64,000 nucleotides of DNA, taken from the NCBI GenBank assembly GCA_964402035.1, contig CAYOAM010000001.1:96679-160678 (forward strand). Reading direction: 5' to 3'. Positions 9,615 through 17,861 of this stretch are shown here, piece after piece. Numbering within the stretch: position 1 is the first letter of the stretch; each line of letters starts with the position of its first letter. The notes beneath the pieces are model-generated. The model worked only from the letters and a program-made list of their open reading frames with translations, was not told the DNA's origin and did not search any database. This DNA is from an uncultured Candidatus Saccharibacteria bacterium (lineage in GTDB: Bacteria > Patescibacteriota > Minisyncoccia > Phycocordibacterales > UBA918). A program made the position numbers and the translations under genes.

Positions 9615-10118
9615 ATGGATACACTTTCACATGGGCTCTATGGTGGTATCGCATTTGGTCGTACGTCGAAAATCCGCTATGGGATTGCATTTCTCTTTGG
9701 CATTATGCCGGACATGCTTTCGTTTGGGATACTGTTTGCTCTTACCATCCTTGGCTTTGTGTCAGGTCCAGAGTTTGCTTCGGGTCCGCCACCGATGTCA
9801 TCTATTCCCGAGTATGTACATCATCTCTACAACATCACGCATAGTTTTTTTGTCGCTGGGGCAGTCATCGCTCTTGTGTGGTGGTGGCATGAGGCACCGC
9901 TCATGGAAATGTTTGCGTGGCCACTCCATATACTGGTTGATATCCCAACGCATTCGACAAAATTTTTTGCGACACCATTTCTCTGGCCAGTGTCTGACTT
10001 TAAAATTGACGGCGTGAGTTGGAGTCATCCATATATTTTTATTCCGAATGTTATTTTTTTGTTAGGTCTCCACTTATGGTTTTATTTTAAACGTAGAGGA
10101 CGACAACGTAGCGTATGA
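9615..10118 (+). CDS. Membrane-bound metal-dependent hydrolase, DUF457/YdjM-like
   Basis: Polytopic membrane protein with His/Asp cluster HILVDIPTH and an N-terminal MDTLSHGL motif resembling the DUF457 family. Family-level only. Confidence 0.45.
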   Translation: MDTLSHGLYGGIAFGRTSKIRYGIAFLFGIMPDMLSFGILFALTILGFVSGPEFASGPPPMSSIPEYVHHLYNITHSFFVAGAVIALVWWWHEAPLMEMFAWPLHILVDIPTHSTKFFATPFLWPVSDFKIDGVSWSHPYIFIPNVIFLLGLHLWFYFKRRGRQRSV

Positions 10119-10139
10119 TGCCAAAAATCTAAAACTATT

Positions 10140-10508
10140 ATGAACATAAAAGAAATATTAAAACTTAGCAGCATTCCCGTTGTGCTCGCGTCGTTGTGCT
10201 GTCTCTCGCCAGTCATCCTTGTGCTCCTGGGTCTCGCTTCAGTGAGTTTTGCTTCCTCACTTGCAGATACGTTTTATGGGGAATACAAGTGGGTCTTTCG
10301 TATGGTGGGACTCATAGCCCTTTTAGGATCCCTCGCGTACTACTTACGCCGCACAAAAGGTATTTGCACGATCGATGATGTAAAGCGAAGACGAAATGAA
10401 ATATTAAACTACATTGCACTCACGGTCATTGCGGGGGTTGTGGGGTACATTTTTTTCCTCTATGTTGTGGTGCACTATGTAGGTGTGTGGCTAGAGATTT
10501 GGAAGTAG
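10140..10508 (+). CDS. Small MerT-like membrane protein with vicinal Cys pair in TM1
   Basis: LASLCCLSPVILVLLGLAS resembles the MerT TM1 CC motif. Three TM helices, 122 aa. The 3' end is duplicated as a 39-bp repeat at 11503-11541. Confidence 0.35.
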   Translation: MNIKEILKLSSIPVVLASLCCLSPVILVLLGLASVSFASSLADTFYGEYKWVFRMVGLIALLGSLAYYLRRTKGICTIDDVKRRRNEILNYIALTVIAGVVGYIFFLYVVVHYVGVWLEIWK

Positions 10509-10518
10509 TTGGTATTCT

Positions 10519-10821
10519 CTAACCCGTGACGTTAATATTTTGAGATGATGGGTGAGGTTTAGCTTTTGGATCCGATTGGTTTGCTGTGTTTATAGCATCC
10601 TTTATGATGGGTAAAAAGAAATAGATACTTGTCGCCATAGCAATGGAAGCGACAGTGAGAAGTAGATACGCTGCTTGCTTTTCATTTCCAACAATATGCT
10701 TCCTGACTAAAAATGCCGCCATGCCCCGTCGGAGACGTTGATGTTGTCCGTGTGAGACTTGTATATTTTCTTCTTGAAATGTGACTAATGTCATAAATGC
10801 TGGTCTAATTTTAACACACAC
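10519..10821 (-). CDS. Small membrane protein, hypothetical (pilin-module partner)
   Basis: Single TM helix. Positional paralog of 11633..11839, each lying immediately downstream of a pilin gene. Confidence 0.3.
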   Translation of the reverse strand: MCVKIRPAFMTLVTFQEENIQVSHGQHQRLRRGMAAFLVRKHIVGNEKQAAYLLLTVASIAMATSIYFFLPIIKDAINTANQSDPKAKPHPSSQNINVTG

Positions 10822-10872
10822 GGTATGCCTTTATATTAGGGAGTGAGATCTTGCTTTAGTACTGTACTACGG

Positions 10873-11475
10873 TCATGGTGACGAATATATGCACGCGCTA
10901 TCATCTGGTGCTCGGTTGAATACTACGTTGCCACCCCACGCCTCAATTCCACCAGGATCTATACCCCCGTCGTTCATGGTTGCATGGTATCTTTTACCCG
11001 CCCAACGGAATGTCATCCAGTATCCACCATCATAGACATGTACGCATCCAAGCCTCATGCCAGTGTATGCGTCGGTATAATTCATACCTATGTAGCTTGG
11101 TCCTATATGCTTTAGATATAAATAACCACTATATGCGCCTGGAAATGGGACTTGGGGGTAGTTCGGGTACGGTATATTAGCTAGATAGGGTAATAAAATG
11201 TTTCCAAGATCGTCCCACTCTGCCGGGTAGTAACTCTGACGTCTGAATGGTGCAATAGTGACAGGATAATATCCGTTTGTGTCATGATATAACTCCACAG
11301 CATTTTGTACGGCTCGCAGGTCAAGTGCTGCTTTTGCAATAGACGTCGCTTCACGCGACTTTGTAAGTGAAGCGAGTACCACACTTGCCAAAAGTGAAAT
11401 AATAGCAATGACTACCATAAGCTCAATAAGTGTAAAGCCGTAAACATGATTCAGCTTTTTCAGTAGTCTCTTCAT
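10873..11475 (-). CDS. Type IV pilin-like protein (prepilin-type N-terminal cleavage/methylation domain)
   Basis: MKRLLKKLNHVYG|FTLIELMVVIAII: short basic leader, G-1, F+1, E+5, hydrophobic helix. Start chosen at MKRLL. Confidence 0.8.
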   Translation of the reverse strand: MKRLLKKLNHVYGFTLIELMVVIAIISLLASVVLASLTKSREATSIAKAALDLRAVQNAVELYHDTNGYYPVTIAPFRRQSYYPAEWDDLGNILLPYLANIPYPNYPQVPFPGAYSGYLYLKHIGPSYIGMNYTDAYTGMRLGCVHVYDGGYWMTFRWAGKRYHATMNDGGIDPGGIEAWGGNVVFNRAPDDSACIYSSP

Positions 11476-11632
11476 GTGCATCATTATAGGATACAAAGTT
11501 CTTTCCTCTATGTTGTGGTGCACTATGTAGGTGTGTGGCTAACCATTTGGAGCTAGTCTCTAAAGGGTGGCATTGCTTTTCTGGAAGCATAATCCATCCC
11601 TATAATTCTCTTTTTGGGTCCTATTTCGTGTG

Positions 11633-11839
11633 TTATGTAGTCTTTATTTTAACAAAATTGGGATCGTCGGGGTGAAATAATCTGGGGGCAAACGTAGTGT
11701 ATAAAATATAGCCACTGAGAGCGAGGCAGAAAAAAATTACTACAAAAAACACTAGTATCTCTTTTTTTGAGTGTTGTGCTTTTGCCGATGTTCGGCGCAC
11801 TTTTGTAACACTCTCTTCTTGAAATTGAATAGTGCTCAC
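11633..11839 (-). CDS. Small membrane protein, hypothetical (pilin-module partner)
   Basis: Single TM helix ILVFFVVIFFCLALSGYILY. Paralogous position to 10519..10821. Confidence 0.3.
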   Translation of the reverse strand: MSTIQFQEESVTKVRRTSAKAQHSKKEILVFFVVIFFCLALSGYILYTTFAPRLFHPDDPNFVKIKTT

Positions 11840-11841
11840 AG

Positions 11842-12474
11842 TTAATTGTTTATGAATATGTGACCGGGGTGACAGCCGGTGGGATCTGAAACCATGTCTA
11901 CTGATCCTCCTGCCACCTCAAAGGCTTCTGGATCTGCACCACCATCATGTGTAGAGATATAAGATGGGCGATTTACCCACGCGCCATATAAATAATAGCC
12001 GTTTCTAATATAGACACACCCTACAGTGCCGGCGCTGATAGTACTTATGTTCAATGCTAGGTCTCCCATACCTGCAGACTGTTTGACATAATAATAGTGT
12101 GAGGTTGCTGTCGATGGATATGGGGGGTAGGGCATTGCCGATAAGTATGGTTGTAATAAGGTCCCAATACTATTTAGATACACATAACCCCAGAAATTGT
12201 AAATGACACCTAATTCAACGCGAGTCGAAGCGTCCCGTCTAGAGCTAATTGGTGGGTAATCGCCGTGGTCCTCTTTGTATTGTTCAAGTGCAAGCTGAAT
12301 ATTTTTTATATCTTGCATAACTTTTACCCACGTCGCTTTTTCTCTTGCCGAGCTTACTGAAGCAAGTACCGTACTTGAGAGTACTGAAATAATAGAAACC
12401 ACTACCATAAGCTCAATCAGCGTAAAACCATACGCATATTTGTACTTTTTAAGATGTTTCTTCATCTTCGTCAT
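11842..12474 (-). CDS. Type IV pilin-like protein, paralog of 10873..11475
   Basis: KKHLKKYKYAYG|FTLIELMVVVSII prepilin motif. C-terminal DGGADPEAFEVAGGSV region is similar to the first pilin. Alternative start at 12465. Confidence 0.8.
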   Translation of the reverse strand: MTKMKKHLKKYKYAYGFTLIELMVVVSIISVLSSTVLASVSSAREKATWVKVMQDIKNIQLALEQYKEDHGDYPPISSRRDASTRVELGVIYNFWGYVYLNSIGTLLQPYLSAMPYPPYPSTATSHYYYVKQSAGMGDLALNISTISAGTVGCVYIRNGYYLYGAWVNRPSYISTHDGGADPEAFEVAGGSVDMVSDPTGCHPGHIFINN

Positions 12475-12775
12475 TATATCTAACTATTAGGCGTTATCAA
12501 AGAAATAATTATTACCGTCTTTGCCCGGTATTTCTGTTATACTCTCTGTATGTTGATATCCTTATTGGTAGGAATTTTATTGATGTGTCTCTTCTACTTT
12601 GGGTACACCACAAATGTTAAGGATGCTACTACAGAGACACCTCCGTCAGTGACCATTGAAAATTATGATACCTTCATCGACAAGGCACATACAGCTACTG
12701 ATCAGATTGAATCGAAGGCTGATCGCATGGAGGAGGTAGAGTAGCACTCGATGTGCTAGGCTAGTCTGTATCCAT

Positions 12776-14029
12776 ATGAAAACGACTGCAGAAAAGCACT
12801 TTGATGTCATCGTCATTGGGGGAGGAGCGGCCGGGATGATGGCTGCCGGCCGCGCCTCTGAGCGCGGCCGGCGTGTGCTTCTGCTCGAAAAAAACAAAAA
12901 ACTCGGAGAGAAGTTGAGAATCTCTGGTGGTGGACGGTGCAATATCACCAATGCCGAGTTTGACGAACGAACACTTTTAAAAAACTACGGAGCAGGGGAG
13001 CAGTTTCTCTATTCACCCTTTTCACAATTTGGCGTACAGGATACCTTTGATTTTTTTGCATCGAGAGGGTTGTCGCTTGTCGTACAAGAAGGGAGACGTG
13101 CATTTCCACACACAGAAAAAGCAATTGATGTGTACACAGTACTTTATGACAATCTGGTAAAGACAGGAGTTGTAATCAAAACACATAGTCCCGTAACACA
13201 CATCGAGAAAAATGGAGATACTATAGTGTCGGTTAGTGTGGGTGAGGAAACCTATACTGCAGATTCCTACATCCTCGCAACTGGTGGAGTCTCGCATCCG
13301 GAAACAGGTTCAACGGGGGATGGCTTTGCGTGGCTTCGAGGGCTTGGACACACCGTTTCAAAACCAACACCAAGTGTGGTACCGCTGGCGGTTTCGGATT
13401 CATGGATACGGTCGCTCAGTGGAAAGTCACTGCCTGACGTCAAGATCACATTTTTTCAACATCAAAAAAAACAGTTTACAAAGACAGGGAAAATACTCTG
13501 TACGCATTTTGGCGTTTCAGGTCCTATGATTTTAAATAGTGCGCATTTAGTCGCTGATCTTTTGCATGGAGGTGTGGTCACGGCATCAGTCGATCTGTTT
13601 CCAAAAGTCGATATGGGTGAATTGGACAAAACGCTCATTGCGCAATTTGAAATACACAAAAATAAAGCATTCAAAAATGTATTGCGCGAACTAGTCCCAC
13701 CGGGGACAACATCAGGTATCATGATGGCTTTTTCTGATCGTATCGATCCGGAGATAAAAGTGCACAGCGTAACAAAAGAGCAGCGCAGGGCGGTCGCACA
13801 CCTGCTCAAGGCACTACCGCTCACGATCACGGGTCTTATGGGTTTTGATCGCGCGGTCGTCGCCGACGGTGGTGTGCCACTTTCAGAAATCGACACCCGT
13901 ACCATGTGTTCAAAAAAAATTAAAAATCTTTACATCATTGGCGACTTGCTTGATATCAACCGTCCCTCTGGTGGCTACTCACTCCAACTTTGTTGGACCA
14001 CTGGCTTTGTGGCAGGAGATCACGTGTAG
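12776..14029 (+). CDS. HI0933/BaiN-like NAD(P)/FAD-dependent flavoprotein oxidoreductase
   Basis: Rossmann motif DVIVIGGGAAGMMAA and the GGGRCNITN signature typical of the HI0933-like family. Confidence 0.85.
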   Translation: MKTTAEKHFDVIVIGGGAAGMMAAGRASERGRRVLLLEKNKKLGEKLRISGGGRCNITNAEFDERTLLKNYGAGEQFLYSPFSQFGVQDTFDFFASRGLSLVVQEGRRAFPHTEKAIDVYTVLYDNLVKTGVVIKTHSPVTHIEKNGDTIVSVSVGEETYTADSYILATGGVSHPETGSTGDGFAWLRGLGHTVSKPTPSVVPLAVSDSWIRSLSGKSLPDVKITFFQHQKKQFTKTGKILCTHFGVSGPMILNSAHLVADLLHGGVVTASVDLFPKVDMGELDKTLIAQFEIHKNKAFKNVLRELVPPGTTSGIMMAFSDRIDPEIKVHSVTKEQRRAVAHLLKALPLTITGLMGFDRAVVADGGVPLSEIDTRTMCSKKIKNLYIIGDLLDINRPSGGYSLQLCWTTGFVAGDHV

Positions 14030-14044
14030 GTTTCGAACACGAAC

Positions 14045-14104
14045 ACCACTTTGAAGTCCGGCTTCCAAGTTAGAAAATCTTACTCGGGAGTTCAACTCCC
14101 AAGT
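14045..14104. repeat. Short palindromic hairpin repeats (two adjacent copies) of a local REP-like family
   Basis: TTGAAG-TCCGG-CTTCCAAG and CTCGGGAG-TTCAA-CTCCCAAG. Family consensus (C)TTGGRAG-5nt-CTYCCAAG. Confidence 0.5.
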
Positions 14105-14145
14105 GAGCTTATTGTGCATATTTTTGGCGTGCTAATATATAGTGT

Positions 14146-14859
14146 ATGCATGCTCCAATATCTCCAAGAACATTACTTATCACGGGGCTTTTATTGGCTT
14201 TCTTCTCGGCGTTGCTCATGTTTGGGTATTCGTATCTGCTCAATTGTATCGTTACCTCGACAGATTTCTCTTTTGTAGATTACATGAGTTTTGTGTATGG
14301 GAAATCGATGCTCCCGCTTGCAATATTTATACTAATTGGAGTTATATGTGCGGTGGTGGGATACGTGTCGGGAGCATCAAATAAATGGCTCGCAGTTATG
14401 GTGGTGTTCTTAGCTATTTATCTAGTTTCTTCCATAACCTTATCTTTGCTTTCATTTTTTAGCCCACACAGTAGAGCGCCGACCGCAGCAATAAAAGCTG
14501 GTGTCTCTGCCCTTCGCGCACATGCAGAAGATTATTTTAATGTTCATGGAAACTATGGACCCTATGCGACGTCGTGCACACAATCCGGCTCTATGTTTGC
14601 AGAGACCGCTATGGTAGCAGGTATTACGAGAGCTGAGAAAAGTGCTAAGTTTAGCGCAGAGTGTTTTTCTGATGGAAAGACTTTTGCTGTCGCTGTCCCC
14701 ATTGCACCAGGACTTTATAAGGAACAAGGACTATTTTGTCCGCAAGTACCAGAAGTAGATCGTAGTGGTCTAGAACATTATTGTGTCGATAGCACAGGAT
14801 TCGCAGGTACTATCATGGGACCATTGACTTCGACGCAGTGTCCGGGAGTGCGACAGTGA
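14146..14859 (+). CDS. Polytopic membrane protein with a C-terminal pilin-like globular domain
   Basis: Four to five TM helices, then ...AIKAGVSALRAHAEDYF...HYCVDSTGFAG. The C-terminal CVDS motif is shared with the pilins at 29703 and 30573 (KWFCVDSTRNQ, RWCVDSKGNS). Confidence 0.5.
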   Translation: MHAPISPRTLLITGLLLAFFSALLMFGYSYLLNCIVTSTDFSFVDYMSFVYGKSMLPLAIFILIGVICAVVGYVSGASNKWLAVMVVFLAIYLVSSITLSLLSFFSPHSRAPTAAIKAGVSALRAHAEDYFNVHGNYGPYATSCTQSGSMFAETAMVAGITRAEKSAKFSAECFSDGKTFAVAVPIAPGLYKEQGLFCPQVPEVDRSGLEHYCVDSTGFAGTIMGPLTSTQCPGVRQ

Positions 14860-14865
14860 ATCACT

Positions 14866-14912
14866 TGGACTCAGAACTTGGAAGCCGGACTTCCAAGTGC
14901 TAGAAAATATTG
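14866..14912. repeat. Short palindromic hairpin repeat copy with TAGAAAAT tail
   Basis: TTGGAAG-CCGGA-CTTCCAAGTGCTAGAAAATAT. The CCAAGT..TAGAAAAT tail is a direct repeat of 14064-14082. Confidence 0.5.
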
Positions 14913-15370
14913 CGTACCACAACAAATAGTGCAGCAAGTTTTTCAGGCTTTAAGGTCATGAGCAGTGTGCCGCCGATGATCAGGATTGCACCCGAGAATT
15001 TTGCCCAGGTAAAGGATTCTCCCAGGAAAAAGATTGCCAGAAAAACAAGCATGATAAGCGAGAGTCGGTCGATGGCGTTTACCGCTGTGGCATCACCACC
15101 TGCTTTGAGTGCCATAAAGCCCCAGAGCCAGGAGAGACCTCCGGCAACACCCGTGAGGATGATAAAAACCCAGGTCTTTGTGGGTACTGAAGACATGCTG
15201 GAAAGTTTGCCGAGGATGATGCTTGCAAGTCCCATGAAGAGTGCAATCGAAAGTCCTCGCACGGCAGTCGCCAGTGTAGGATCGATGCCAGAGATGCCAA
15301 TTTTTGAAAATACACCGACAGCCGCAGCAGAAACGGCAGCGAGAAATGCGTAGATAATCCAGGGTTCCAT
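14900..15370 (-). CDS. Small DMT-superfamily (EamA-like) transporter
   Basis: About 156 aa, five TM helices, with the conserved glycine pattern of half-size EamA proteins. Start chosen at MEPWII. Confidence 0.55.
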   Translation of the reverse strand: MEPWIIYAFLAAVSAAAVGVFSKIGISGIDPTLATAVRGLSIALFMGLASIILGKLSSMSSVPTKTWVFIILTGVAGGLSWLWGFMALKAGGDATAVNAIDRLSLIMLVFLAIFFLGESFTWAKFSGAILIIGGTLLMTLKPEKLAALFVVVRNIF

Positions 15371-15416
15371 AATAGATGTATAATACCACGTACATAAAAG
15401 CGATAACAAAATACCT

Positions 15417-15824
15417 ATGAATCAACCAAAACGAGGATACATTGTTGCTATGGAAGATGAGACGAAAGCAAATACCGACTATCGTCGCGTGCTCTTTACG
15501 GCTCGCTACATGCAGCTAGTCCTCATGTCGATCGCGGCAGGGGATGACATTGGGGAAGAGACGCATACTCTTGATCAATTCATACGTATCGAGGATGGGG
15601 AAGCAAAAGTATATTTAAATGATGAAGAATTTCCACTGCATGATGATCATGCGGTTATCATTCCTGCGGGCACCAAACACAACATTGTAAACATTGGCAC
15701 AACACCACTCAAGCTTTATACATTGTACGCACCGCCAGAACACAAGGACGGCATTGTCGAAAAGACAAAGGCAGACGTGATCGAAGAACACTTTGATGGG
15801 ATGGTAAGTCCTGGCGCTGAATAA
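15417..15824 (+). CDS. Cupin-domain protein
   Basis: Cupin motif 2 PAGTKHNIVN, with an upstream His/Asp cluster (HDDHAV). Confidence 0.7.
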   Translation: MNQPKRGYIVAMEDETKANTDYRRVLFTARYMQLVLMSIAAGDDIGEETHTLDQFIRIEDGEAKVYLNDEEFPLHDDHAVIIPAGTKHNIVNIGTTPLKLYTLYAPPEHKDGIVEKTKADVIEEHFDGMVSPGAE

Positions 15825-15836
15825 TTTTAAAATTTA

Positions 15837-15865
15837 GCTACTTGGGAGTCCGACTCCCAAGTAGC
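15837..15865. repeat. Short palindromic hairpin repeat copy (12-bp perfect stem) at the 3' end of the cupin gene
   Basis: GCTACTTGGGAG-TCCGA-CTCCCAAGTAGC. Confidence 0.5.
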
Positions 15866-16004
15866 TGTGCACATGCGTTGTGACCGCACGTATTCTCTAG
15901 GTGATACAGTTGAAGTATTATCATCTTAGAAAAAATATATGGCCAAAGGAGTCACTCATAGAAAAGAAAAAAAGAAACCAAAAAAGAAGAAATAGTTAAA
16001 AGTA

Positions 16005-16040
16005 CAAACATAAAACCCCCGCGCATCGCGTGGGGGTTTT
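16005..16040. terminator. Bidirectional rho-independent terminator hairpin
   Basis: AAAACCCCCGCGCATCGCGTGGGGGTTTTATGTTTT: GC stem flanked by an A-run and a T-run. Confidence 0.6.
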
Positions 16041-16169
16041 ATGTTTTGAATTTCAAGAGAGACTATCTAGCAGGCTTGACCTTTTGTGTTTTGACATATA
16101 AAGATTTATATGGTTTGATGCTCGTGGCGAATCTGCCTATCGGTGGGTGCCATACGGAAGGAAGTTGTT

Positions 16170-16943
16170 ATGCGTTTCAGTGGAGAAACTACTGGCGAGA
16201 TGACTATCCGTCTTGTCTACAAGACCAAGGACGAGAAACCTTGGATTGACGGCAGCACACGTAGATTAACCTGCACGTACGAGAAGAAAGTTCCTTATAA
16301 ACATATTAAGCGGCGCAAAGACGCAATTCAGATGCTCCTTTCCCCGGATATGGAGAACGGAGGGCCGAATTTTCCCAAGATCTTTTCGAGGCAGTCTCCT
16401 TGGTGGGGGATTGCACTTGGTAATCTGACGCAAGTCTCTTGGCATCGTGAAGTCACTGATGCGATGGTTTACTCATATTTGAAGGAGATGGTGTACGAAG
16501 ATTCTGACGTCCAGGTGGATGATCGATTGCTCCACCGTCATACCGACCTCGAAGGAGAAACGGTTGACGGGGTGGAAATAGAGTCAGTCTGTGATCCTTT
16601 GATGTCGAGGGCAGGATTACTGGTTCCTGTGTGTCTCAAGGATGGGTCGTACAGGCTAATGTTCTATCGGCGGAAGGAAGGCTTCAAAGAGTTCCCCTAC
16701 TGCGATCTGAGTACTCATGGGGCTCGTGCTCAAGAAATCATCAATAGCGCCAATTGGGTTTCGCCGCTCATTGTGTGGCCACATTCGCATGGTGCAAAAG
16801 TGCTCATTGAGACGACTACAACAGGTAGGGAGGGTGAGGGTCATTTGATCACGCTTTGGTTCCATGATGGCGATGATTTTTCCAGGGAGGCGATCTGGAT
16901 TGATCGCATGATTCCTGAAGCCCGAGAGTCAGCGTCTCGATAG
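16170..16943 (+). CDS. Hypothetical protein, monocistronic, flanked by terminators
   Basis: RBS GGAAGGAAG lies 7 nt upstream of ATG 16170. No recognisable domain. Terminators at 16005-16040 and 16953-16991. Confidence 0.5.
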   Translation: MRFSGETTGEMTIRLVYKTKDEKPWIDGSTRRLTCTYEKKVPYKHIKRRKDAIQMLLSPDMENGGPNFPKIFSRQSPWWGIALGNLTQVSWHREVTDAMVYSYLKEMVYEDSDVQVDDRLLHRHTDLEGETVDGVEIESVCDPLMSRAGLLVPVCLKDGSYRLMFYRRKEGFKEFPYCDLSTHGARAQEIINSANWVSPLIVWPHSHGAKVLIETTTTGREGEGHLITLWFHDGDDFSREAIWIDRMIPEARESASR

Positions 16944-16952
16944 ATCGATTGG

Positions 16953-16991
16953 GCGCTTCCTTTTCCGAGGGGAAGCGCTTTTTTCTTTTTA
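16953..16991 (+). terminator. Rho-independent terminator
   Basis: GCGCTTCC-loop-GGAAGCGC followed by TTTTTTCTTTTT. Confidence 0.6.
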
Positions 16992-17016
16992 CTGGTAGGA
17001 GCTATACTATGCGCAT

Positions 17017-17502
17017 ATGCAAGAAAATAAACCAGACACTACTGTAGAAACAAAGACAGAAATACCAGAGATTATTAAAGAGACTGTTTCACCAATAGAT
17101 ACAGTGAAGGAAACGGCGATCGTAGCGCGAGCACAGAGTTTTGTGCATGCGGGGCGAGGGCTGAAGCTTTTTTTTAAGACAACACCCAATGCGCTTATAC
17201 ATCTCGCTATTTTTGTATCAGCACTGATGTTTGGTTTTGTATTCCATATTACCTACATCGAGTGGGTGCTGATTGTACTCGCCGCAGCACTTGTGTTTGT
17301 GGCAGAAGCGTTTAATACCGCTATCGAAATTGACATTGATCTCACGTCACCAGAATTTCACCCATACGCGCGCGACACCAAAGATGTAGCGGCAGGAGCG
17401 GTACTCCTCGCCTCGATATTTGCGGCCGTGGTGGGCTTAATTGTGTTTGGGCATCATTTATCGCTCTACTTTGGTATCAAGAGTATTGCTGCCTTATTTT
17501 AG
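17017..17502 (+). CDS. dgkA: Diacylglycerol/undecaprenol kinase (DgkA family)
   Basis: Three TM helices and the DgkA signature EAFNTAIEIDIDL. Confidence 0.75.
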   Translation: MQENKPDTTVETKTEIPEIIKETVSPIDTVKETAIVARAQSFVHAGRGLKLFFKTTPNALIHLAIFVSALMFGFVFHITYIEWVLIVLAAALVFVAEAFNTAIEIDIDLTSPEFHPYARDTKDVAAGAVLLASIFAAVVGLIVFGHHLSLYFGIKSIAALF

Positions 17503-17518
17503 GATTTAGAATAAGCTA

Positions 17519-17547
17519 TTGCCAAGGATAGCTTTCCATGCTATACT
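17519..17547 (+). promoter_or_regulatory. Sigma70-like promoter for the DEAD-box helicase gene (TTGCCA-17-TATACT), implying a roughly 310-nt leader
   Basis: -35 TTGCCA at 17519-17524, 17-nt spacer, -10 TATACT at 17542-17547. Confidence 0.4.
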
Positions 17548-17861
17548 CTTAGAGTAACTGTATCTCATAGGTTTTTGTCGGAGGAAATACCTCAGATTTG
17601 AAGAAGCCATTTTTGGCACTAAAAACTCGCGAGAACTGGTCAGTCTTTTATTTTAAAGACCAGAAAGAGTTATAAAAGCTTGCGAGAGCATGCCTAAAAT
17701 CCTCACCTACATCGTTGTCTTCGTCGTTCAAACAGAGGATTGAGAAATATGCCCCCGGCATATTTCTCTGCCTCGGATTTTCGCTCCAAGACGCCTCGTA
17801 ATTGAGTCTTTTTGACACGCTCTTTCTGAAGTGCACAGGGCTTTTTCAAATATAAACAATT

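Noticed and set aside
12646-12951. 101-aa minus-strand ORF overlapping the 5' end of the HI0933 flavoprotein gene
   Set aside because: Antisense to a gene with a clear Rossmann motif, and Pro/Ala-rich composition typical of GC-rich antisense frames.
14028-14110. Possible tRNA-like sequence (GGTTTCGAAC...) after the HI0933 gene
   Set aside because: No cloverleaf can be drawn. The sequence resolves into two copies of the local palindromic hairpin repeat.
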